In this document: positions 24,101 through 36,100 of the stretch, in pieces
Numbering within the stretch: position 1 is the stretch's first letter
How the letters are laid out: each line of letters begins with the position of its first letter
Assembly (NCBI GenBank): GCA_905178155.1
Contig: CAJINV010000026.1
Span: 64,973 to 109,665 of the forward strand
DNA: 44,693 nucleotides
Direction: 5' to 3'
From: Amoebophrya sp. A120
Taxonomy: Eukaryota; Protista; Dinoflagellata
Position numbers and translations under genes: made by a program
The notes under the pieces: model-generated
What the model was told of the DNA's origin: nothing
The model's input: the letters and a program-made list of their open reading frames with translations, nothing else
Databases searched by the model: none

Positions 24101-27100
24101 ACTTCTTGACTATGGGTCGTTAAATAGCCTTAGCGGCGTAGTTTTTACTCAGGATACGTAATAGGGGTACTTTTGCAGCTTCTCCTTCTCCTTTTTCAGC
24201 GCGTCTTGGACGGACGTGCACAAATCGCGCAAGTAATTTTTTCTCCGCAGGTCTTTCCAGTTGGACAGTGGTAAAGACTCGACCGCATCTAATTTCCCCG
24301 GTTTGGTCCGCTCTGCACACATGTTCCCAACAATGGTGTTCAGCAGTCGCAAGGCCATAAAGGGGCTGATATCCCCACACTTCGGATAGGTCGCCGCGAC
24401 TCGCTTCACTTCCGCCGGGAGATTCTGCTCCGCGTTAATACTTCCAGCATTAGCATTTCCACCCGACGTCGTCACGCCCTTGCGGACAGCACTGCTGTGC
24501 GCGGTCGGCAGCTGCGCTTGCGTGCCCGTGGGGATACCGGCTTGCGTCGCGGAAGTGTGCAGCACGTTGGAGATCCCAACCACTTTTCGGCCAAGTTTGA
24601 TCAGGCTATCCAGTTGCCGGCGCATTTCATCGTTGTATTCCTTCCAAAACTCTTCGTCGGTCAGCACGCGCCCGAACTGCTTTGTATGAGAGTGCATAGC
24701 CCCCCCCTTTTTTTGCTTCGTTTGAAATGTATGTATCAGCAGCAACAGAAGCAATGCCAAATGTAGCTTCGGCATGACAACCTCAAACACAAATTGTAGT
24801 AATGATTCAGCGCGACGCCCCGAAACTTCTTATGTAAACAAGGCGTCAAGACAATGCGTGGATTCGCTGGTAATTCGCACAAAGAACAGATGTTCACGAG
24901 CAGGAAAAATTGTGCACTTTCATACTTCAGGTTGTCGTGTTTGTACATCGCGTCGTGCGCTTCCGCAATGTTCAGCAATTCCACCACAATCGTCGGGTAA
25001 TGCGGCTTATGCATTGCAAAATTATCGTCCTTAGTACAACTAGCATGAAAGCCGCTTGCACAAGAAGACATACAGTTTGTCATATGAAAGCCGCTTGCAC
25101 AAGAAGACATACAGTTTGTCATGCAGACTCAGGTATTAGCAACCAGATCTGTTATGCAAGTCCAGAATTTGTACATACACCTGCGTTATTTTTGCACTAG
25201 ATACGGCTTCAGCTTCTCGCTGGCGGTGGCCTGCACGAACACCACCCAGATCGTACTCAGTGCGTAGTACCCCTTCCACCGGTCCGTTAACTTCTGCAGG
25301 AACTCCAGAATTTTCGCCGTGTAGTTGTCTACTTTGGAGACTTGGAAAAAGCTCGCCACGGTGAGGAGCAGCTCGTGGTAGTTGATGGCCTGGCGGCTGC
25401 ACAGCGCATCTTGCATATGCAAGAAAAAAAACTGTGCAAGTGTAACTTTCTATAGAGGAATAGCATCACACGTCTGCTCTGCATGACACAGAAACTCTGT
25501 CATGCGTAGTTAGTACGTGAAAACACGTACGAAAAAAGCCTCTGATGCATGTGTCTAGCATGAGAGGTGATAAGTGTTTTACATGCGACTGCAACACAAA
25601 GTTGCACTTACACAGTTTTTTTCTTGGATATTGCACCGCGAACGTGTAGAGCATCTTGCTGTTTCGGTCGTCGGACTTTTGCAAGCTGGAACCGTTTTTC
25701 TCCGCCTTCGTCCGGTGGTAGACGAAGCTGCGCGGGATCGGTTTCTGAAACAGCGTCTCATACTCCAAAAACGACTCGTTGGTGGGGGACTGGATCAAGA
25801 TCGTTTCAAAAATGTCCAAAATGTACAGAAAGTTCTCCTCCAGGAGTTTCTGCAATGGAGCTATTCGGAGCGTCATGCTATTCGCGAACGCGTTCGCCTG
25901 CGGGTTGGAGGCTCCTGTGCCGTCTTGCTGCTGTTGTACCAGGGCAGTCGAAGCGATGGAATGCGTGTGGCTCTTTGACTTCCGATTAGTATCGGGGTCA
26001 AGAGGACCTCCTCCCACCCTCTGCTTCTTCAACATCACGGCCCCGAGCGCGCCGCCAAACGCATTCGATTTGTTCGGCCTTTTCAGGCTGCTTTTGCTGC
26101 CTGTAAATGTTCCGCGGGCGTTCAAAAGTATCCGGAGCAAAAACGTCCCCACCCCAGAGCGAGGATGGGGATCTCGCAACACAAGTCAAGAATTTTTGGG
26201 TGTCAAGCATGACAAGTTCGTCTCTGTATTGTAGTGCAGTTTAGCAAGTACAGCCGCAACGCAAAATCATCTACACATCCTGTTGACAGCATTACAAAGT
26301 CCGAAACACGACTGGACAGGCCTCTCATGGGGATGCGCATTACACATCTTCGCGTGACTGCAAATCTGCATGACAACTCTGCCGTGGGGACGTTTTTTCA
26401 TCTCAGCATAAAAAGTTCCTCTTCATCATCGTCCCCGGTGAGGTCGTATGGATTGCAAAGATGTCTGGGTCTGGAAGAATGCAACTTGTGATGCTACTTT
26501 TGGAATCCAACAAAATCTGTATTGCATGAGCAGCAAGAGGCGTCCAGTTTTTGCTCCGCGGAGAGGGGATTTCTCGTGCGGGATAGGCAGCAAGATGCCC
26601 GCAAAAAAATTGTGATGCTGGAGCATACATCACAGACATCACGGGTCATGCAAAACCTGCATGACAAACCTACCAATCTTCCAGACCCAGACATTTTTGC
26701 ATTCGATAGGTCGATGGGGCCGTCCTTGCCGGAATCTTCGTCGAGATTTTTCTTGGCCTATCGCAAGAAAAAATAATCCCCCCTCCCCATATTGACCAGT
26801 GACGTTTTCGAAAATTTGTGTAGCTGATTTGTGGCCACCAATCATCTCTGTGCTGCATGAAGGCAACTCCACAGGCTCCGGCGCATTCTACAGGCGGTCT
26901 GTCATGCTGTTGCTCCTACAGCGTAGACGTGTGTCATGCTAAGCGCCTAGACCAAAACCTGTCTACTCAGGCTTCATATGGGCCTGCAGTCCTCGCCAGC
27001 AAGACAAATCTGATTTGTGTACGCAAATACAGCATGAGAAACTTCGTTGTGATATGGGGAGGGGGGATTTTTCCTTTTGATATGGCCAACATCATGTTCT

Positions 27101-30100
27101 CCATAAGCTCCGCACACCGATTCAGATAAGGCACTGTATCCAACTGCAACTGTCTCTGCCGCCACAGCACCAAGCAGGCAACTTTCCCGGTGAACGCGGA
27201 CGTTAACTGCTCGTTGGTCACCGTGTTCTTCAAGATTTGCCTTTTCAAGTACTGAAACGCCGCAATCCGCTGTTTGTCGTTCGCACTGATAAGCTCGTAC
27301 AAAATGAAGGGTAAAAACAGCTCCAGTTCCGATAACGCCGTCTTCTCGGTGTTCAAGTGATCGAACTGGTTGATCGCCTGCTTCAAAAAGTCGTCGCTCG
27401 TCATCTTGTATGCATTGCAAAAGAAGTTGTATCTTACTTGTACTACTAATCGCAGGCATGCATTACAAATCTTCTTCTTCAGCTAAACCTGCAATACAAC
27501 AAATTCCATTTCTCATAATTCTGAGGAAATTTGTCATGCGATTTCGACTAATACACGCTACTTTATTTGCAATCCATATCTTCCCCTGCTCCGCTGGATT
27601 TCTCTCCGCGTTGGCCTGGGCGACGTTTTGGAGCAAGACGTTGCCCTGCTGCGCCAGCCCGTTTCCAGTGCTAGAGCTGTTGTTCGTAATGTCGAGCTAT
27701 CAAATGCAAAAATGTCTGGGTCTGGAAGATTTTATAGACTTGTCATGCGGGGTTTGCATGACCCATGATGTCTGTGATGCACGTCCTAGCATCAAAGGTT
27801 TTTTGAGGGATTGTTCTTGATGCCTATTCCGCATGACAAATGCCCTCTCCGCGTAGCAAAAATTAGAATCTATTTGCTGCTCATGCAACACAAATTTTTT
27901 AGACATCCAAATGCAGCATCACAAGTTGCATTCTTCCAGACCCAGACAACATTTTTGCATTTGATACGAACCCCCCAAGCGGGATTTCGACGGGCTCGCC
28001 CGATACTAATTGCTGCATCAGCTGCGTCGAAGAGCACGCGGCCGCCATGACTTGCTGCACGATGACAGACTGCTTCGCAACTTTCAGTTGCTCTTCGGTT
28101 GTTGTCGCAAGAAAAAAGTGTTTCATTGTTTTGCAAGTTTTGCATCACAGGTTTGTTCTACATGACAACGAAAATTTCCCAGGCAAGGCTGCTAAGGGAA
28201 TAGAACGCGGTTAAAAATATACTATCTGGCATGTGTAGCAAGACAAACCCTTCTGAGATACTGATACATTTTGTGCATTACAAGTTTACACCAATGAAAC
28301 AATTTTTTTCTGCGATAGTTGTCTCTCGATTTTTGATCTGCACTGGCAACAGCGTCGAGCCGGAGTCCATGATGTAATCGCTCGTGTTAAACAGCATGCA
28401 GGTAAGGCTGGACTGTTGGCTGTCGTATTCCTCGCCCCCGTTATCTGAGTTCTGGGAAGATAAAGTGCTATTCATCAGAGACGAATCTTGCTCGTTACTC
28501 ATCATCTGCAATTGTTGCATGCCTAGCAGCTGCTCCTTCATCTTCTTTTTCTTCTCGTTCGCATTCGTAATCGGCCCGTTCATTCCTATTTTCGTCTCGT
28601 TTTCCCCGAACGGAGCGTCGAGGAAGAGGCCCGCGCGGACCAGGTTCAAATCGTCCACCACGGACAAAAGTTCGGTCATGGATAAATTCATGCTCATGCA
28701 CAGCTTGCACAGCTGGTTCATCGCGTACACACCCGGTAAAATCGCGTCCCTCTCGTCGTTGCTCGTCTTCGTCCCGAAATCGGCGTTGCACAAATCGTGC
28801 TCCTCGTCTAAGTGGGTGAAAATGATTTCCAGGTACCGGCAGAGCGCCCGCTGGAGTAATCCGTCCCTCGGTGCGGAAATCGCCAAGGTTCGAAGCATAT
28901 GCATCGCAAAACTATCGCACTCGTACTAATCGCATTTATGCATTACAAATCTCTTTGTCAAGTGAAATCCGCATTACAAAACGCATTTCTAATGCTGAGG
29001 AAATTTGTCATGCGATTTTTACTAGTACGATATTTTCACTTTTGCAGTGCATAAAGTAGCTGCTTGGATAGATTCAACGTCCCGAAGAGGAATTCCATTT
29101 CTGTCAAGTACCGTCTAGAACTTTTGAGCTGGTTCGAGGAGTTATTCAGTGTGCCGAGTTGAAAGCTGTCCGTGTTCTGGAAGTCCGCGCTATCTTCCAG
29201 AACCGACATGAATATCAAAATGAAAAAAGACCCCACCCTATACTCGATAAGACAATTTGTGTTGCTGGATTTGTGTTGTACACAAATTTTGTATTGCAGC
29301 AAGAGCTGCTTGTTGGCATATTCTAAGCCCGTTCGGGTACTACGCATCCGGCTAGCAGCTGCGCATGAGAAACAGCTCTGACATAGGGGAAAACGCATGA
29401 CAGACTGGCTGCGCAATGTGTTACATGGGTGCCGTTTGCATTGTACGCAAGACAAAGCTGATTTGTGCTCACAAATCAGCATCACAAGTTTCCTCTTCGA
29501 TATGGGGAGGAAGGATTTTTCCTCACAATATTGAACACGTCGTTGTCAACATCGTCAACCTGGACCATGTATGGATTGCAAATATGTCTGGGTCTGGAAA
29601 CTTGTGATGCTGAGTGGTGAGTAGTGAATTCTCTGGAATGCACAGCCAAGCATGAGAAATATTTGCGCGGCTTAGTGTTGCGCTTTCCGCATGACAAACT
29701 GCGTTTTGCATGACAAGCAAAAGGGTGTCTTCTTGGACACGCATGACAGACTCCTCAGTCATTCCAAACAAACATGGCAAACCTTGCATCCTTCCAGACC
29801 CAGACATATTTGCAGTGCATACCATGGATTCCGTCACCACCGTATCCGGAATGAAGCAGTACCGGCTCGACTGCATATGGCCTGGTCAGCAGCGGAAACA
29901 ATCTCCACGAATTGGAAGTGTGCATGTTTGTTGTACGACTCTAGCCCGATGGTTCCTAACTAAGATGCCCAGCCTACATAAAAAATTCGCCACATCGTTC
30001 CGAACTCCGTTGTCGAGGTTCCGAGCTGACCCCTGGAGGTTCCGAACTGACCCCCAAAGGTTCCGAACTCGCGTCCGAAGCTTCCGAACTCAGGTCCGGA

Positions 30101-33100
30101 AATTCCGGAGGCGAGTTGAGTGGTTCCGAACTCCATTCCGATGGTTCCTAACTAAGATATCCAGCCTGCGAACAAAAATTCGGCACATGGTTCCGAACTC
30201 ACTTATCGAGGTTCCTAACTGGCCCAGGAAGGTTCCTAACTGACCCCCGCAGGTTCCTAACTGGCCGTCGAAGGTTCCAAACTCGCGTTCGCGGGTTCGG
30301 ACTTCGCTGTTTGGAGTTGGGGTTTGGGTTTCGTATAGCTTACCATGGTAATAAACTAAGTTTATTACCATGGTAAGCTATACGAAACCCAACAACCACT
30401 CTGGGTGTAGTTTAACTACACCCAGAGTGGTTGTGCCACACAGGAGCTGGACACATGATCCGCCTTTTGAAACACAAATTTTTCCGGTTCACATTGTTCC
30501 AGCTGGTGAGACCTCCATACTGCATGTAATAGCTGTCTTCGTCGGTGTTTACAAAAGAAATACGGTCTCCGTCGGTTTCGAAGCAAGAATTGGTGATCCA
30601 GCCATTGTCGATCGCGATGTAGTGCGCCTGTACTTGCGCCTGCTGCTTCGCGACAGCTTCCAAGTCTACTTGCGGTGGTTGTAGAGTGTGATCTGCCGGA
30701 ACAGCCGCAGCGCCCGACGCAGCAGCAGCTCCTTGTCCTTGAGGGGCGATCTTATTCCCCAGTCCATTCTTGTACACTTTCTTGTACGGTATTTTCACCG
30801 CGAACCTGCGGCAGTTTGGGCCGAACAAAGTGTCCTTGATGTTCGTGAAAATCCCGGACTGGTAGTAGCAGTGGCAGTCGTTCCAAACCGTGCAGTCACC
30901 GAGCAGTTCGAATCTGAGCAACTGCGTTTTCCGTTCCGTCTGCCTCGCTTGAAAATCCTCGGTGCCGGTCGATTGATAGAGAGTAAGGACCCAGGGGTCC
31001 TGTTCCTCGTCCGGCTCAAAATGTTGTGTGCTGTGCTTCATTTTGTTCTGGCCCCCGGGTAGAAGCAACTCCCCTGTAGGAGAGTCGTAGTCCGTATCAT
31101 TCGTACTTTCGGATCCTGGACTGTGGTACTCTCCTGCAGCTGTACCGCCTTCCGCCGCTTCGCTGCTTTTCCACAGCGCGTTTTTCCTCGCTTTTTGGAG
31201 AACGGAAAAATATGCGCTGCAAAAGTATCGTACTCGTCGTAATGGTAATCGTGCATGACAGGTTTATCTCTCTACGCAGCTTAACAGCATTACAAAATTC
31301 ATTTTTCGTGCTGACCAAATTTGTGCTGCGATTTCTACTAACTGGCGCGATGGCGATGCTCTTGCAATGCATAAAAAATCCTTCAACGCGATCTCCCTCT
31401 TCGGTAATGGGAGGGAGGATAAGCAGGCCAGGAACGTGTTGGACTCGAGCAGGCGGTAGAGGAGCTGCGGTTCTTTCGAAGCTACTTTCGAAAACAGCAA
31501 GCTTGAATTCGTCCCAACCTCCAGCTCGTCCTCCACAACCACCATCGACCGCAACCTCTTCACGCAGCTCCGGATCAGTTCGCTGTTCGCCGTGATTTTT
31601 CCACTCGTACTAGACACGCAGATCGTGACTAAAAATTGAATCGCGGAGTCTCGAAAGCTTCGCGCGGCTCTCGTCGCGGTCGCAGGTTTCACAAACTATC
31701 CTATTTGAAAACGTCCCCACCCCATTACTATCTATTATATTCATGCGAAAAAAGAGGTCTACAGAGGGTCGAAGGGAGGTGGCCGAGAGGTCAAAAAGAG
31801 GTCAAGAGAGGTCAAAAAGAGGTCGACAGAGGTGGAGAGGTGGCGCGGGAGGTCATTCGAGGGGGTGGCCGAGAGGTGGCGCGGGTATAGCCAGCCGAAC
31901 CGTTCACCCTAAAGCCGCGCCTATGGGGGACGGAGGTGGCCGAGAGGGTCCCGAGAGGGTGCGTGAGAGGGGAACAGAGGTGCCGAGAGGTTGCGCGAAT
32001 AAGGGCGAACCTCTCGCGCACCCTCTGGGCCACCTCTCGGCCACCTCTGCAGACCTCTAACGGCGAGTATAGCCGGACTATTAGCAACACCTCTCGGGAG
32101 AGGTCAAAAAGAGGGTCTGCGAGAGGGTCAAAAAAATCCGAATCCCCCCGGCACGCGGCCGATTTTGTTGGGGCTCTTTCATGACGCAGGCCCACACCCT
32201 TTCGCGCTCCCCTCTTTCGCCACCCTCTCGCGCATCCTCTCGCGCACCCTCTCGCGCCACCCTCTCGCGCACCCTCCCGCGCCCCAGTTCTGCTTCGGCA
32301 CCTACGTCGAGGCGGCTTCTCTTCGCCCCCGAGCTTCGCTGTAGCTGCCCCCTGCGCATAGCGCCTGAAGGCGCGGGAAGCGCGCAGGAGGCGGCGCGGG
32401 TTGACATGGCGCAAACCGGCGCCAGTACTTCCTTCGACCTGTCACCCTGTGCGCAAAGCCCTGGCGTTGCGGCCCGATCCGCAAATAGTCCTGCCCCGCC
32501 AAAACAGCCGCGCGCCCCGGCGTCAGCCGGGGCATGGCTGGTAGTTGTAATGCAAATCTGCACGCTGAAAATGTTACTCATGCGGAACCTCATGAGAAGC
32601 AGCTTCTAGTCGTGTTTTGCAATTTGTCATGCTCCAATCAGCATGGTATGCTAGGTCTGTGATGCAGCTGCTGGGCTAGCTCAAACAGCACTACACTACG
32701 AATCCAGATTTGTGATGCAAAACAGCCAAAACTTGTGGATTTGTCTAGCCGATTCCCCATCTTGACTATGGTGTGGGGACATTTTTACTCAGGATACAAA
32801 CGTGAACAGCTTCTGTTGCTGATCGAACAAATCGGTCAGCTGCTTCGCGCCGTTATTTTCACCAATGAAGTCTTCCTTCGCTTCGCGGATCGTCATAAGG
32901 AGTAGACCATTCACTTCCTCAAAGTGGCTGTATTACAGTGAAAAGTGCCCCCCATCCCCAAAGTGGCAAAAATTTGTGATGCGAAATTTCCAAATGAAAA
33001 CTTTTTGTCATGCATGAAAGGAATATGAATCTTTCTGATGCAGATTCTAGCGGTGTTTGTGTTTCGCGTCGCTTGCATGACAAGCACCGCTCTTATTGGG

Positions 33101-36100
33101 ATCTTTTGCAATGCAAATTTTTGCTATTCACGATCGGAAATCTGTGATGCTGATACGATGCAAGAGGGCGCATGTTTCATTTGGAAAGGTTTGCAATACA
33201 AATGCTTTCAAGTTTAGGGGTGGGGGCATTTTTCATTGTAATAGGCTGCAGAACTGCTTCAGTATCCTCGTGAACTCTTCTGTGTGCGTGGAAACTAGAT
33301 TATTCCTCGCGATAATACTCCCGGTCGTCGCTTTCTGGACTGTATGCTGCGCCGGGACGAAGGGAAATTCATTCGCCGGGACTTTCGTGAAAAGGCATTT
33401 CTGGTACTGGGTGAGGAGGCTTGACGCTGTTGCACTTGAGCTTGTCATGCCAGATTGCAAGCACGCCATGTTGCCTCCTGCACAGTCTATCCCTGGCTCC
33501 GTTTCTTCTTCCGGTTCTTGGAATTCCAAATCGTCGTCTGCTCCAGCAACGGTGTCAGCGACAAAGTCTTCCGCAAACCTATCTTCCACATATTCCAAGC
33601 AACTCCTTCGAATAGAATGCGACTTCGTGTGCTGGTGATGCTGTGCGAAGGCTTTACTAGCGGAGGCTCGCCCTGCTGGTGTGCTACCTTTCGCAGCTGT
33701 CGCGGCACAGTGCTTTCTGCTCCCACCAGCACTTCTGACGCTTGTCCACAGAGTCGGGAACGCGGGTAAGTTTTCCATGATATCTACCGCCCTCCCCGCG
33801 GTGCCGAATTTCAACAACCGAAGTTGGATTTGTTGCAAAACGGTGGAAAATTTTTCCAACAATTGTGTCCGGTTAAACACAAACCGGAAAATTCGGTACT
33901 GCTTCTTCAACTTTTCCTCGTCTTCTTCAAATACCTCGATCGCGGAATTGCCGTCCCGAAAGTGGTTCTTGATCAACCTCGTGATCTCCGAGAAAAGCAA
34001 GTCATCCGCCACAGAAATCTCGGTTTGCTTCAGAACTTTGTAATCCGCCAAGCCATCGTCGTCGTCGTCGGACGAGGCGGTGGAGTTTTTATGCGACTTG
34101 GACTTGCTGTCCTGCTTTTGCTCAACGACAGTTGCACCTTGATCGCCGACTTGGTTCTGGTTTTCTTTGCTGCTTTTCCGCGTTGTGGAGGCTCCTGCTC
34201 CTGCGGGCTGCTTCTTCTTGATGTTCATCGTCGTCCCTCCACTAGAAGTTGCGCCGGCGAGCAAAGGGAGCTGCTGGTGGAGTGCGCCGTCTGCTGCCAT
34301 CTCCACGTGGTCTTCGCTGTCTCCCCCAGCACCTGCGTCGTCGCCGAACCCTCGGTCGAAGTACTCTTCGTCTGAGTTGTAAAAGTCAGCCGCTCCGCAA
34401 CTTCTATCGTCAAAGATATCCTCTATCCCCAGCGTCAGGTCATCGGCCTTCAACTCTTTGTGATTTTCCAAGCAGGCGGAAACGCAGTCCCAACACGCGA
34501 TTACGATGTCCGCGACGAGAGGCTTTCCGGTGGCGTCTGCCTCGTTCAGAAACGGCTTCACCACTTCGATCTTCTGTTTTAAAGAAACTGCCGGGAGGAT
34601 GGCGAGCAATTGCAACAACTCGTGAAGCAACGTCGTGAAAACCGTTAGCTGCTTGTTCGCTATGGTCGCGTAATTATCAACTGCAAAAGTATCGTACTCG
34701 TATGAATGCAAGACAAATTCCCTCAGCATGAGAAATAAAACTTGTAATGCGGATTTACCTTGAGAAAAAGATTTGCGATGCATGATTGCAATTACTACGA
34801 GTACGATACTTCTGCACAGGATAGTAATGTTCGGCGTTTGAAGATGTTCTTGTCACTCCGGTTTGATGTTGTAGCTCCATCCCGTCTCTGTGCGCGGCAC
34901 TGATCATGGGCACGAGGAAGTTCAGCAGAAACCGGTGGAAGTATCCTGTGGAAAAGTATCGCACTCGTACTTCTAATCGCAGTCATGCAAGACAAGTTTC
35001 TTGCTCAAGCTAAATCAAAATCAGCATAAGAAATTCCATTTGTCATGCTGAGCGAATTTGTATTGCAATACTACGAGTACGATACTTTATTTGCAGTGCA
35101 TAGGATTTCAGTCGGGTCGATGTGAATGTAGTGCAACGGATGAAGCGACGCGGGCAGGGGATCTCCTGCTATCAAGTGTAAAAATGTCTGGGTCTGGAAG
35201 AGCACAACTTTGTCATGCACATTTTCCATGATCCGTGACGTCTGTGATGTATGCCATAGTATCACAGATTTCTTGAGCGCTTATCTATGCGCATCCAGCA
35301 TGACAAATGCCCTCTCCGCGTAGCCAAATTTGAATCCTCTTGCTGGTCATGCAATACAAGTTCGTTTTAGCATCCAAATGCAGCATCACAAGTTTGGCTC
35401 TTCCAGACCCAGACATTTTTACATTTGATACCTGCCATCGTCACACGGTCTTCGACGCTTTGATGATGTTCCCCAAATAAATACGCTCCGCTGCCGGCTG
35501 CAAAATCGTTCCCCCCTGTCCTTTATGCATTGCAAAAGTGGCGTACTAGTAGTAATGGCATGGCAAATTGCCTCAGCGTGGGATGGCAAATGGAATTTGT
35601 CATGCTATTTTACCTTGGGATGGAGATTTGTCATGCATGTTTGCAATTACTACGAGCACGATACTTTTGCACAGGATATCCTTATGAGTTGTAGAATTTT
35701 GCAGATGAAAAAGAAGCTCTCCTCCGTAACCTGCTCTGACACAACATCTCGCGCAAAACGTCGCTGCCCCTCACCTTCCTGGTCTTGAACAAATTCGCGC
35801 TCGGCCAGCTTGAACGTCGCAAAACAGGAACTCACCAGAATTTTCAGCTGCCGTTCCACGGAGCAGCGAAACATATCCACGATCGCATACGGGTCGTAGG
35901 GCTTCACAGGAGGGACAGGGAGTGCAACGCCTGGCCCCAGAAATAAATGCTGATCTACTTCGTTGTGCATGATGTTGATATCAACTGGAGCCCCGATTTT
36001 GATTTTGTTCGCGAACAAGTCCTCCACATAGCCGGTATTTGCATCTGCGCTGAAGAACTGCTCCAGCCTCCGCGGGTACGTGATCGCAATCCGCATGTCT

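Larger units (their letters stand above)
29882..30512 (-). other. Canonical GT-AG intron containing repeats and two palindromes
   Basis: GGAG|GTCTCA...GACCAG|GCCAT; phase 1 on both sides. Confidence 0.6.

Noticed and set aside
31743-32609. Transposase or other protein encoded by the nested insert
   Set aside because: The ORFs are R/G/A-rich products of GC-rich repeats with no DDE, HUH or RT motif; no autonomous element is visible anywhere in the window.
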